Shown here piece by piece: positions 1 through 12,107 of a stretch of 64,000 nt of DNA. The stretch comes from Octopus sinensis (Eukaryota): the NCBI RefSeq assembly GCF_006345805.1, contig NC_043007.1, forward strand, positions 60,946,001 through 61,010,000, written 5' to 3'. A model generated the notes under the pieces. It ran no database searches. It saw nothing but the letters and a program-made list of their open reading frames with translations, and was not told the origin of the DNA. Position numbers and translations under genes: made by a program. Each line of letters begins with the position of its first letter. The stretch's first letter is position 1.

Positions 1-1609
1 ACATAGCATCTGAATTGAACTTAGGGCCCTATTCAAAGATGTGAGGCGGCATGACATCACTGTCACTGGAGACACATCCAAAGACTATCACCTTCTTGCT
101 GGCCATGGCTTTGTAGTCTCCATTGCAGTTGTGCATGTCACACCTTACAGCCTTTGCAGTGTTCACATTGAGCATTGAGCAGCAGTCATGATGTCGGCAT
201 TTTGATACTTGGTGCCAAACAATAAGATACAGATAAATCTTTTCCTATATTCAAATGACTTCCAGTCCTTCATGTCTTTTTCTCAACTACAACTTTAATC
301 TTTATTCTTTCCAATGCCATTGACAACTCACCAAATACATCAAGCTGTTCCTGAAAATGGAGACAAAGTAATCCTCATATTTAGCCCTAACACCCTGTAA
401 GAGGCATTATGGTGGCAGAAGAAATAAGATCTTAGTCTCTTGATTTGTGAATTGAGATGGCACACTGAATACTTGGATAAACCTGTTAACTCCACTTAAG
501 AAAATTAATGAATAAGCTACTTGGTTATGAAATTAACTTGTTAAATGACAATTGGTTGGTAAAGTATCTTAGTTTCCTCAAGGGGCCTATTTAGTCGTCA
601 AACTCTAAATGAACTTATTGTCACTTGGTTTGATACAAAACTTAGTTTCCTCAGTTTAAATTGTATTGAGAGGAAAATGGTTAAGAGTAATAGACTCCAG
701 AATATTATAATAAAGTTCATCATTTTATGTCTGTTTTTCTCATGCTGGCTTGAGATGGACAGTTGTTATAGCATTTTGTTTCAGTACTTATTTCAGTCCT
801 TTGTCATCAAGCACAGAGCAACAGAGAAAACTACCAATCTTTGATACATTTTTTCTTTGCATGGTTTACAGTTAGATGTCCTTCCTATCAGCAGTCACTT
901 TACAGTTTGAACTGATAATATTTTCTCAAGCACACTACAGGCAACACTAGACTGCCTGTCTGCAGCAAGACCAGAGTTGCTTCTATTCTTTATCAGATTT
1001 ATTTTGAATTATTGCTTCATTCATCCTTTTTAGGAAACAAGCATGGATTTTACAACTGGATACCCTTCTATTCACAAACCATTTTACAGCATGGACAATG
1101 TACAGTTTGTCTTGTTACTTTTCTGGAGACGTTATCTGTGTGATAGGACTAAAAGTTACCCACTAAAATTTAAAATACATGAGAAAAAAGGCAATAAAAA
1201 CCAACAAATTACTGATTCACTTCAAATATGTTAATCTTTTTGACATCAACCAGCTTTGACCATTTATGATAGAGCCCACATTTCAACACAGAATGAACCA
1301 AACATCAAAAGGATAGACATAACTGTAGAGAACAGCAAATGCCAGGTCTGCAACTAGACTTGTGGATCCCACATTGGCCAACACAGTCATGTGTGGGTCC
1401 ACACAAAGTTAAATCTGGTGGAGAATCATTCTCAACCCTCAAGCATTGCTCTTGATGTTGAAGATCTGAACTAAGATCAGCTGTTCATATTTTTTTGTTA
1501 ACTGATTAATTGCACATAGAGAGAAACTAAGTAAATCATCAACTATGAATAAATAATTTTCTACTAACAAATCTTGTACATTCAAGCATATATGTGCGCA
1601 CATGTGTAT

Positions 1610-1676
1610 GTGCATGTGTGTGTGTGTGTATATATATATGTATGTCTGTGTGCATGTATCTATAACATAAGATATA

Positions 1677-1730
<54 letters not shown>
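1610..1730. repeat. Compound (TG)n/(TA)n microsatellite
   Basis: Runs of tgtg and tata read directly. Confidence 0.95.
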
Positions 1731-1731
<1 letters not shown>

Positions 1732-1734
1732 GGA

Positions 1735-2117
1735 CATCCGACTTACTAGAAAGAGCAGCTAAACTCCAAACCACTAATAGTTATAATTCTGAAATGGAAA
1801 GAGAAATAAAAACGTTTACCCTCTCCTTTCTGGACTATGCATAGTTTCGGCAATCTTTCGTAAATAAATTAATTTAATTAATTCATTTACCACTGGCGTT
1901 GCCTCGTCAGCAGAAAAGCCAAGGACTAACATATATCCACTAGGCGATGATAAACACGCCTCGAGTCTATATGCTATAAATTTTCAAAATCCACCACGCT
2001 CACATGGTTTACTCAGCAGTAAATATAAACTGCCGATTTAATTTCAAAATTAGCCAAAAAATCATTAATTAATAAATTTTAGGGTAGCAAAAAATTCTAG
2101 AAAAATTCTCCCCTACC
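1735..2117 (-). mobile_element. Hammerhead-bearing repeat (probable PLE pLTR or non-autonomous derivative); boundaries approximate
   Basis: CpG-retaining segment carrying a complete HHR and abutting a (TA)n tract; no coding remnant seen. Confidence 0.5.
1825..1918 (-). ncRNA. Type I hammerhead ribozyme, canonical core
   Basis: Minus strand reads CTTTTCTG-CTGACGA-GGCAA...TTGCC-GAAA-CTATGCATAG-TC-CAGAAAGG. Stem I 8 bp (1918-1911 with 1832-1825), stem II 5 bp, stem III 4 bp plus UGCA loop, GUC triplet. Predicted cut between 1833 and 1832. Confidence 0.9.
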
Positions 2118-3413
2118 AGCGGTCAAGTGAGAAAGAAAAAATAGAATTTGGGTAGTTTGACAGGATCTGACAAGTCAGAGGACTGCATTGAACTCCAGTG
2201 TCAGCTTTGGCATGGTTTTTACTGTTAGATGCCTTCCTAATGCCAACAACTTTTCCATATGCACTAGATGCTGTTTTCATACCACTGACACTAAATATAT
2301 ATATATATGTTTGGTGTTTCAACCATTGTGTTTAGTAAATGCAAATTTGATAATTATTGAATACTGAGAGAAAATACTGTTACAGCTGGGTAGCCTTCCT
2401 ACTATTCAATTGTGAAGTAATAATATTTGTTATTTCATACATAGGAAGATAGAGTAATTCTTTTTCTCCAAGGACAATATACAATAGTTATAATAAATTG
2501 CTTTGAAATCATAACTATTATGAAGAACATAGAGTGACACCTTACCCTCGTAACTACTTTGACTTCTCTGGATTCTATTATTTCAAAGGATTTTACTGTA
2601 GGAAAACTAAAGATGTTGCTTACAGCTAGATGAGGTTAAAAAGGTTGGATTTCAAGTTGACCTTGACCAATAACACTTACAAAATTATTTTTAAGTAACA
2701 ACTGCTTATTAAATAGGAATCCATTATAAAGGTATGTCTAAGTTGTTTGCATTAATAACCTGCTAAAACCCAGAATGTGATAAAGGATTTATGCTAAAAT
2801 GAAAAGGGAAGAACAGTATACTGAGAAGGTAAAGATATGTATCAGCTTATATTTATAGTTAAGATAAAAATCAATAAGATCATCTCTGTACATTTGTTGG
2901 CTGTCAATAACTAGTGATAATTTAAAGAACCCATCATTTTTATGTCCTCTTTTCCATGCTTGCTTTAGTTAAATGAAATTTTCTTAAGACAGATTTTCCT
3001 ATGGTTAGATGCTCTTCTTGCAGTTTGCCACCATATTTTTGATGTTCAACTTTCAAACTTTACCTATTATATATCCATCATTGATAATATAAGTACCAGG
3101 TATGTATTGATCATCAATCAGCTGTACCACTATCTTTCTACAAGCATGTATCAAGCTATCAGTGAGTTTGGTTTATGATCTAGTTTCAGCTCCTAGTATA
3201 ACGCCATTTCACTTCACTTTATTTACACTGGGGTTATGGCAATCTACCTATTTGCTCTACTACAACAAATTTAGACATATTAATTATTATGCCCAGTAAA
3301 ATTTTTTTAAAAAAGCTTTATCACAAATTAATAGTTTGATTCAGTTCCATAGGGAGGTAGGACAGTGATCTGCATTTTGTAATACCTGGTGTGGTAAATA
3401 TATTTACCCTTTA

Positions 3414-3648
3414 CAGTAATCCCTCGACTATTACAGGTGTTATGTTCTTACCCCACCAACCCCACCCCTGCGATAGGTGAAAATCCACAAAGTAGAAACA
3501 GTACTGTACTGCATACTTTTTTAAAATTATTTTTATAATTTGTATATATATATTTTATTATAAATGCAAAACAACACCATGGAGGAATCGTCATAAGCTT
3601 AAATAATAAACCACAATAGGTGAACCGCGATATAACAAGTGATTACTG
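3414..3648. mobile_element. Tc1/mariner (pogo/Tigger-like) MITE
   Basis: TA flanks at 3412-3413 and 3649-3650; termini CAGTAATCCCTCG...caagtgATTACTG. Confidence 0.8.
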
Positions 3649-4222
3649 TAATCATAAAATGAAAGGTTTTATGTTTTTGTTAATGAAGTTTACAGGCTGA
3701 TTGTTATATTTATGACAATATTTTATGTATACTTTATATGGTGAACTGACAGAATTGTTAGCTTCCTAGGCAAAAGTTCTTAGTGGCATTTTGTCTGTCT
3801 TTATGTTTTGAGTTCAAATTCCACCAAAGTCAACTTTGCTTTTCATCATTCCAGGATTGATAAAATTAGTACCAGTTGAACACTGGGGTTGATGTAATGG
3901 ATTTATCCCTCCCCAGAAATTGCTGGTCTTGTGCCAAAATTTGAAATCAATATTTTACATACATTTACAATTCAAAATGGCCATCCTTTGCTTTCACACT
4001 GCCCTTAATTTTTTCTCAAACAAAGTGAATGACTTATTATGTTTACCTAATGGGTAAATGTATATGTTGCACCTAGTATATCTAAAAGATCTCAGGAGAG
4101 AAAAACAACACAAAGTACAAAGTAACCAATTTCATGCTGTAAAGAAGAAGACCATCCTTTATTAAGAAACAGACATTAATGAAGCATGATAGATAAAAGT
4201 CAACAGAAGCAATAGTGCTTAA

Positions 4223-4442
4223 CCCTTTTGTTACAAACCTGGCTGAAACCGGCTTTGGCTCTGAGTACAAATGTCTTGCTTTCATAAGTTTTGAATTTAA
4301 ATCTTCCACCAAACCTTAGTCACAATTTATGTTCCTAAAACTAGCTGAATGATAACTAAGTTATTTTACAAAATTCTTTGTTATATTTAAAGTAATTGAA
4401 AGAAACACAGAGCATCTCAAAATAAATACAGTAACAAAAGGG
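4223..4442. mobile_element. TTAA-flanked MITE (piggyBac-like termini)
   Basis: TTAA|CCCTTTTGTTAC ... GTAACAAAAGGG|TTAA: 12-bp perfect TIR and TTAA TSD. Confidence 0.85.
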
Positions 4443-7400
4443 TTAATGATGCTTCTCAGTAGAAAACGTGTTCTAGTCAACATACTGAGTGGGCTTTATC
4501 AAGAATGTTTGGGTTTACTTTATATAGATAAATGTATAAATTGTTGAGAAAGAGCCCAAAAACTCTTTTCTGTTTCTTTCTAACAGTGTAAAAATAATTA
4601 ATTAATTAATTACTTTGTACTCCTGTTTGAGTTGTTTTTCCTTCCTGATATCTTTTGTATGGATTAGAATTTACTAACTTATAAAGAGTGTAATTTGTAT
4701 TATAATAAGAAGAGGGTTTATTAATTACATCAAACCCAGCACCCAACTGGTACTTGATTTTATTGACCCCACAAACTGATGAAAAGAAGAAAATGATCTT
4801 AACAGGATTTGAACTCAGAGTGTAAAGAGCTGGAACAAATAAGGCAAGAAATTTTTTCTGATACTCTAGCAATTATCAGCTTTCAGCCTTTAAGAATTGA
4901 TTCTAATTTAGAAACAAGATCAGCAATTTTGAGGAGAAGAGATAAGTGAATACTATCAACATCAGAAGGATGAAAAGCAAAGTTGATTTTAGTGGGATTT
5001 AAATTCTGAATACAAAGAGCCAGAAGAAATACTGCAAGAGATTTTACCAACACTGACAATACTTCCAAGCAAGTAACATAGATAAAGAGGAAGCTCTAAA
5101 AATCCAGGTCTACATATATTTACACCTGCAATATATAACACCTGCAATAGTCAAGGGATTACTGTAATGGGTAAATATATTTGCCACACCAGGTATTACA
5201 AAATACTGATCACCGTCCTACCTCCCTATGGAATTGAATCGAACTATTAATTTGTAATAAAGCTTTTTAAAAATTTTTACAGGCCATAATAATATATCTA
5301 AATTTGTTGTAGTAGAGCAAATGGGTAGTTTGCTGCCAATATCCTTGTGGGAAAGATATAAGCATATACTCCTCCTAAACAACAACAACAACAACAGCCG
5401 CCGCCACCACCACCACCTTTTAACATTTGTTTTTCATGCCGGCATGGGTTGGACAGTTTGACCAGAGCTGGCAAACTAGAGGGCTGCACCAGGTGCCAGT
5501 CTGATTTGGCTTAATTTCTACTTTGCAATGTATGCTAGGTGCTTTTAACATGGCATCAGCATAAGCGCTTTTAAGTGGCACTGACATGAGTGCTTTTATG
5601 TGACACTGGCACAGGACTTTTGTAGGACAGCTCAAACTGCATAATTCATATTCGAAGCAGTAGCAGTACCAGCAGGTTCTTGGAAAATGCATTACAAGTT
5701 CAATCATAGTACAATTTAAGCAAGCTTTGCACAGTTACAATACTGTTATATTGCCAAGTAATGAAAATTCAGTACAACAGGCAAACATAGATTGCAGCTT
5801 GACCGACCTCTGTTATGATCAATAAACACTTTTTTTTTTCTGAGGAAGGTTTGTGTATTGGAATCTTATTAGTGTTGATAATTTCATCAGATATTGAATT
5901 AAACCTTGTAATTGAGATGTCAAGTTACAATGCAGTATATTTTTATAAAATAATCTCAAAATCCTTATTAATCCACCATCTTCGAAAACACTTTGACTAT
6001 TTTTTAAATTTTTGTTGTCGTTTATCCCTAATTAACAACCTTATGATTAAAAAAGCATTACAACCCTGATTATCTTGTCTTTTTTGTCAGACATTAGATG
6101 CTTTGGACTACATTATTTAATGTGTTATTCTTAAAAGTATGCTGTTATCAAAATTTAGCTGTTATTTCTACCATGCTGCATAACAACACAGATATTACCC
6201 AGTGTTGTAATTTCTGTAGAAATAGGTAGGATATCATTCTTGTTAAGACAACAAAAAAATTCCACTTTTAAAAAGTTATTATCATCATCATTTTACATTC
6301 TCTTTCCATGTTAGCATGGGTTGGATGAATTATCATGTCTGAGTCATTTCTTATTGGGCAATACTGCTCATCAAACATATCATCCGGCTTTGTTTCTACA
6401 ACCAGATGCCCTTCCTAATGCCAATTAATTTATAGTTTTTGTCTTCTGCAGATGCTCATTATCCTTATGTAGCATCATCTTCTATGTCTACATCTCCACA
6501 GCCTCCTTTCTTGCATAAAACAGCTGATTTCTCTTATATGCAGTTTTTCTCTCACCTCACTCATACTCTTGTGTTAATACACACTAATATTACATACCCA
6601 TTAAAACATACTGCTATCATTTCTTTCTAGTCTTATGCATTTAAAGGTTCCATTTTGTTACTATGCAGCATTGGAGTTCTAACACAAGCATCATACAATC
6701 TGCCTTTCTTTCTGGTGGAAAAAGAACTTTGTTACTAGCAGCAGAAATATCTCCCTTAACTTTTTCCAACCCATTATCTAAACCAACTGTCTGGCTAATA
6801 ATGCCACCTCGATAATGGAAGTTACCTTCTACTTCTAGAGAGCCAACTGGCATTCAAGAGAATCTATTTCCAGCATGCTCCTAGTATGCATTGTTCCAAA
6901 GTATGTCACATACCAAGTATGCCTTCTCTGTTAACCTACCAACAGTTCTACTACATTTCTCATGTGTCCATAGCTTACACTGGGTATGGCATATAGACTC
7001 CTTTTCTGCATATCAAAGCCATTTCCTTGATGATACCAAGGGTCCTGTCTTCTTTTCTCACACCTAAGTAATTTCTTAATTCTTCCATAGATTCAGCCTT
7101 AAGAATAAGATTACTAGTTTTTAGGAGTTTCCATGGATGACTAGCCATAAACTCCTCTGTAATGGCCTGTAAGACTGACGAATAGAGGGAGCTGAGGACC
7201 CTCTACCTTGACACTAAATTTATTGTTGACCTTCATTTTACTTACTGTGCCTTTATACAGCCTTCACAAGCCTAGTTTCCTTCATGATCACAAGATTACA
7301 GAAAATGGAACCTTATCAAAAGCCTTCTCCAAATCCTAAGCATGGTGGCTTAATCTTAGCTAAATATTTTTCCTGTTGTTGCCTCACTAGGAAGATTTGT

Positions 7401-7624
7401 GATTTCTCTTCCAGGCACAAAGCCAAACTGCTCATCTAGGTTATTTCTAACAGATCAATTGTGCTATGATTCCCTCTACGACCTTCACATCCTAATCCAA
7501 CAATTTAGTGCCTTCATAATTTTCTCTCTAAAGAATCTCATTTGCTTTGTAGCAGTTTACAGTGCTATTGCTGTCAGTTATTGAGTATGACACCTTCTAG
7601 ATTATCCAGGTGATTATCATGTAT

Positions 7625-7902
7625 ACATATTTACATTTGATGGATATTTGTCCTCATCTTGTTTGTTGTTAACACAATGTTTCAGCTGATATACCCTTCA
7701 GCCTTCATCAGGTGTCTTGGGGAAATTTCGAACCTGGGTTCTCATTCCTAAGGTATTTTTTGATGTTGTTATTATTCAGGTCACTGCCTGGAATCGAATT
7801 TGGAATCTTCGGGTTAGTAGCCCGCGCTCTTAACCACTACGCCATATGCCCATCAAATGTAAATAATGTACATAATTCCTCATCTCTTAAATATAGAACT
7901 GT
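7625..7902 (-). mobile_element. tRNA-headed short element carrying a minimal HHR, with inverted tail copy and 12-bp TSD
   Basis: TSD attatcatgtat at 7613-7624 and 7903-7914. tRNA-like head 7851-7779 (A box TGGCGTAGTGG, B-box-like ATTCGATTCC). HHR at 7716-7671. 7851-7902 is an inverted, longer copy of the tail (catcaaatgtaaata...). Confidence 0.85.
7671..7716 (-). ncRNA. Minimal (PLE-type) type I hammerhead motif with two CpG-decay substitutions
   Basis: GACAC-CTGATGA-A-GGCTG...CAGCT-GAAAC-ATT-GTGTT. Restoring two CpG transitions gives CAGCC and the palindromic AACGTT stem III. Confidence 0.75.
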
Positions 7903-8147
7903 ATTATCATGTATGTTTCCTACCTCATCAGATATTTTGAGTACCTCAGCAACTGTCTTTAATGATCCTTCATTTTACTTAATCAATCACTGTATCTGGT
8001 GGTCTGCTGTCAATTTGAATGCTGGTCTTTTTGTAGTGTCGGCATGAGATAGTCCCTCTTTATCCAATGCATTTCTACATTTCAAGTATACTTCCCCCCA
8101 CTGGAGCTACATGAAGATCACAAACAACTGTGATAATTGGAGACATA

Positions 8148-8355
8148 TGGAAGGCGGCAAACTGGCAGAAATGTTGGCATGCTGGGCAAAATGTTTAGCG
8201 GTATTCAAATTCTGCCAAGGTCGACTTTGCTTTTCATCCTTTCAGGGTCAATAAATCAAGTACCAGTTGCATACTGGAGTCAATTTAGATCAACCGGCCC
8301 CCTCTCCAAAAATTACAGGCCTTGTGTCAAGAGTAGAAAAGAATTGGAGACACAT
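8148..8355 (+). mobile_element. tRNA-derived SINE, family A (Deu/Nin-like central motif)
   Basis: Head ggcggcaaactggcagaa; core ggtcgactttgcttttcatcctttcagggtcaataaa. Further copies near 3750, 4715, 4883, 21640, 27470, 28700, 31330, 52135, 59975 and 60470. Confidence 0.8.
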
Positions 8356-8916
8356 GGTGCTGAAAACCATTATAATTTCTTCCCAGTCACTCTTAAATTA
8401 CCATGTTAGTTCACACAAGACTTATATTGTTAACAGAGAAGACAAAGCAAATCACGGGGTCCTTGTTAGAGACAACTATAAGAATATGGAATCAGATTTT
8501 CTGGCACTGTTGTTTTGCTGAAGACAATATTACTATTTTATTACTGCATCCAACTCTTCTAATACCACAACAATTGTTATGATTTTCCTTCTATTAACAA
8601 GTGCTGTGCAAGAAAATGTAAGTTACGAACAAGATTAGACTGTAAACTGATTTTATTTAACATCTAGTTACTAAAAGTTCTTAAGAAAAGTGAACAATTC
8701 ACTTCTCATTTCCTACCAAGAATCTAATGGCTCTTACTGCAACTAATTTTCTCATTGCCAATATTAACTATGATAGACAAATGTTAATAGAATTAACCCA
8801 CCATTATTGCTTATGGTCTCAATCAACATTAGCACAGATAGAGATACTAAATATTATCAATAGGTTTTTAACATTTAAATACAGCACTGGTGTTTACCAA
8901 CCAATGTAATTGCTAA

Positions 8917-9318
8917 TATCTGGTTGAGTAAAAAGTAAGCAACATGTGGTCAAGCATTGCCTTCATGACAATGCTTGACCACACATTTCACTAATGATGC
9001 TCCAGAAGTTGGCTACAAAGTTCTTCCCCACCCAGCTTATTCCCCAGGCCTTTCTCCTACTGACTACTACTTTTTCAAGCACCTTGATGGTTTACTGAGA
9101 ATAGAGTTCAAAAATCAAACCGAAGCTGAAAGTGCATTCAAAGAGCTCATCAGCTCCAGATTTTTTGTTATCAGAATAAACAAACTTGTAACTCCTTGGC
9201 AAAAATGCGTTGATTGTAATGGTACTTATTTTGGTGAATAAAATTTCCACATTGTTGAAATATATTGTGATGAATTTCATGTTTCAAAACATTGCTTACT
9301 TTTTACTCAGCTAAGTAT
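8917..9318 (+). mobile_element. Internally deleted mariner element
   Basis: TIRs ...gttgagtaaaaagtaagcaa / ttgcttactttttactcagc; transposase remnants LHDNA and VLPHPAYSPGLSPTDYYFFKHL (YSPDLAP-type motif). Confidence 0.85.
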
Positions 9319-9446
9319 ATTTATATCACACACACATACCAGACCTTTAATGTTGCCAACACACACAATGAACAGTGAAAGACTATACAGAAAAAAAATA
9401 AACAATTGTTCCTTAAAACAATTTCAAATATTTCAGAGAACTGAAT

Positions 9447-9852
9447 AGGTGCAGGAGTGGCTGTGTGGTAAGTAGCTTGCTTACCAACCACATGGTTCTG
9501 GGTTCAGTCCTACTGCATGGCACATTGAGCAAGTGTCTTCTACTATAGCCTTGGGTCGACCAAAACCTTGTGAGTGGATTTGGTAGATGGAAACTGAAAG
9601 AAGCCCATCGTATATATGGATATATATATGCACGTGTGTGTGCGTATGTTTGTGTGTCTGTGTTTGTCCCCCCAACATCGCTTGACAACCAATGCTGGTG
9701 TGTTTATGTTCCTGTAACTTAGCGGTTCAGCAAAAAGAGACCGATAGAATAAGTACTAGGCTTACGAAGAATAAGTCCTGGGGTCAATTTGCTCGACTAC
9801 AGGCAGTGCTCCAGCATGGCCATAGTCAAATGACTGAAACAAGTAAAAGAGA
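9447..9852 (+). mobile_element. tRNA-derived SINE, family B (CORE-like), near full length
   Basis: Head gcaggagtggctgtgtggtaag, B box ggttcagtcc, CORE-like tgagcaagtgtcttc, tail gactgaaacaagtaaaag. Other copies near 13005, 29360, 29800, 38600, 49100, 56290 and 62513. Confidence 0.8.
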
Positions 9853-10480
9853 GTAACAGCTACAAAGTAATTAGTAAAAGAAATTTTAATCTTTTCATTT
9901 AATAAGCTGTTACTAATGTAGATGGTTAACTTTAGAATTTTTCCTCAAAATTTAAGGATTACATGAACACACATTTCTATGACACATAGGAACTTGCAAA
10001 TTCTATTTTATGATATTAATCTATTAAAGTATGATTCTCTTCTTGGATAGATTCCAGGACAAAGTAGACAGAACCACACAAAATTAAATATCTCCTACCT
10101 AGTGATACAATGAATATATGAGAATATGAATTCATGACTACAATATCTCAACCATTTGACACTTTCACAAACACAGAGTTCTGCTTATTCTCAGATTCAT
10201 ACTTGGAATATTCCCATGACTACAAAGCTGTTTGGGATTTGTAATAGATATTTCCCCCAGATGCAATTAAAAAATGAATAATGTTTTTTTCTGCAGATTT
10301 GAGAGGTTAATCTTATTGCTGATGAAATTGCTAATCTGATTAAATCTAGATAATCTGATCATGATTTGCTTTAAAAGGATAATTCCTACAGAGAAATGTA
10401 AACATTTGATCAGGATTCTTTCATACAGGTCACTACACATTTGTTTCTCCTTGTTCAGTGACAACAAAAAGTTTTACATA

Positions 10481-11107
10481 ATGTCACATTTAGAAGAGAT
10501 TTCAACTGATAAAATCCACTTTTCTGACTTTGTGAAAGAGAAAATAAGAGTATGGTTTAAAATGATGGATACTACAAAAGATGGATTCATGGCTAAAGAA
10601 GACTTTGAACTTATAGCTAATCGCTTTGCAGTGCAGTACAATTTGGATGAGGACAGAGCAAAAGAAATTTATGGGTGGCTTGTTGATGGGTTTAAAAAGG
10701 TTGACAATGAACACAGTGGTGATGTTATGCCATTGGTGACACAAATGGCTGAAGCAATTAAAAATGGTGCCAAAATCTCTGAGGATGAGTATATTGGTGC
10801 AATTGGACAACTTATGACAGTTGATCCACTTATGGCTCGGAACAGCCTGAAATCTGCTGTAACATTATTTTTCCAAATATTTGACTTTGACAAAGATGGC
10901 TTTATAACGTGTGATGAACTCGAAAAGGGATTGGCTTGTTTTGGATATGGCAACAAGGAGGTAATTGACAAAGTTTTTGAATGCATGGTGAAAGATCATG
11001 TGGGTAAAATGAGCCAGGATGAATATGTAAATGCATGGCTAGATTTTATATTTGGAGAAGATAAAGACAACCCATTTGTGAAGTATTTTGCTCCACATTT
11101 GCTTTAA
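10481..11107 (+). CDS. Sarcoplasmic calcium-binding protein / calexcitin-family EF-hand protein (208 aa, CDS in one exon)
   Basis: EF loops DTTKDGFMAKED and DFDKDGFITCDE, degenerate EF2/EF4, SCP-like SDF..KI..WF...D..KDG....DFE..A.RF pattern. Acceptor tttctccttgttcag ends at 10458, just before ATG 10481. Confidence 0.92.
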   Translation: MSHLEEISTDKIHFSDFVKEKIRVWFKMMDTTKDGFMAKEDFELIANRFAVQYNLDEDRAKEIYGWLVDGFKKVDNEHSGDVMPLVTQMAEAIKNGAKISEDEYIGAIGQLMTVDPLMARNSLKSAVTLFFQIFDFDKDGFITCDELEKGLACFGYGNKEVIDKVFECMVKDHVGKMSQDEYVNAWLDFIFGEDKDNPFVKYFAPHLL

Positions 11108-11400
11108 AAAGAGATATATACAAGGAAGGGAGCTTAAGAACTGATGGAATGTGAGAATTATTTAAACAGAAGAGAAAGGAAAAAATGTAAATCATTACAT
11201 TAAATTTCATGATTGTTATTTTAATGATAGTGTTTTAATTTTAGTGTTGTATGGTGAAATATCTATTTATTTCAGAGTAACAATTATGTCGCCTTCCTAT
11301 TTTTTTAAATGTATTTTTGTATTTGTATTTTAATCTGGTATAAACACTACTTGCTTAGAAATTCTTAATACTCATTTGTAATACATATTATTAAAATCAA

Positions 11401-11419
11401 AATAAACGTTTAAAATAAA
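11401..11419 (+). terminator. Candidate polyadenylation signals of the EF-hand gene
   Basis: AATAAA at 11401 and 11414, ~300 nt after the stop, in an AT-rich 3' UTR. Confidence 0.6.
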
Positions 11420-12107
11420 AATAATTGTATTAACTTTAAACACTCATGTTTGCCTTTTAGAGCCTTCTTTCTTACATCTGTTTACACCTTGGTACATATG
11501 TATCCAGATAATTTTTTAGATCTTAAACCTTTTCTACTTTTTATTTAATGAGCATTAAAAAATTCCATCAAACCAACAGATTTATTCAGTTTTTAAAAAC
11601 AACTTAGACGCATGTGATATTTCATGCTAAATGGTTATCATAAGCTATTTTAACTGTTAAACATAAAACTAATTTCTAGCTAAGGAAAAACATTATGTAA
11701 AATATCAGATCCTATTTAATGAAATTATAAAAATTCTAAATTTTATAAATTTAATATTAAGAAATCTTTATATACACTACATGTTGTTGAATTGCAAATT
11801 AAATATATGTACAATTGACTTGTTCTTTGAGTTGTTTACTGTTACAGATTATCCAGAATCTCAATATTTGGCTATATTGCTTATTTGCATGTTCTTCACT
11901 CTAGTAGCTAAGATTACTTAATGGATGTGGTTGCACCTCTTATCATTCAACAGAAGTTTTAAAATGTTAGTTACATGGCTGAATCCACACAAAATATTTT
12001 TCTATTATACATAAAAATTTTAATCAATTTTTGTTTTTGTATTTGGTTTGCAAGATTCTTGATATGAATTCATGTGTTGAAACAAATCTTCTTGTGGTGA
12101 TGGTCAC

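Larger units (their letters stand above)
3240..5338. repeat. Inverted repeat pair, ~200-bp arms (3240-3441 and 5134-5338)
   Basis: The reverse complement of the right arm aligns along the left arm (e.g. ccatagggaggtaggac, gtaatacctggtgtgg, tacagtaatccc). Confidence 0.9.
6640..8100 (-). mobile_element. Old degenerate RTE LINE fragment (RT region), interrupted by the 7625-7902 insertion
   Basis: Visibly homologous to the 32.1-34.7 kb RTE (e.g. aaagccttctccaaatc, ccaggcacaaagccaaactgctcatc); many stops and indels. Confidence 0.75.

Noticed and set aside
7779-7851. tRNA gene (Ser-like anticodon loop CT-ACT-AA)
   Set aside because: The acceptor stem does not pair and the B box is mutated; it is the head of a TSD-flanked insertion.
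7915-7935. CTGATGA...GAAAC on the - strand
   Set aside because: No stem II can form, and it lies in decayed RTE coding sequence.
10361-10480. N-terminal 40-aa extension of the EF-hand ORF (248-aa track ORF)
   Set aside because: A pyrimidine tract and AG acceptor at 10441-10458 sit inside it, and family similarity starts at Met 10481; the extension is probably intron.
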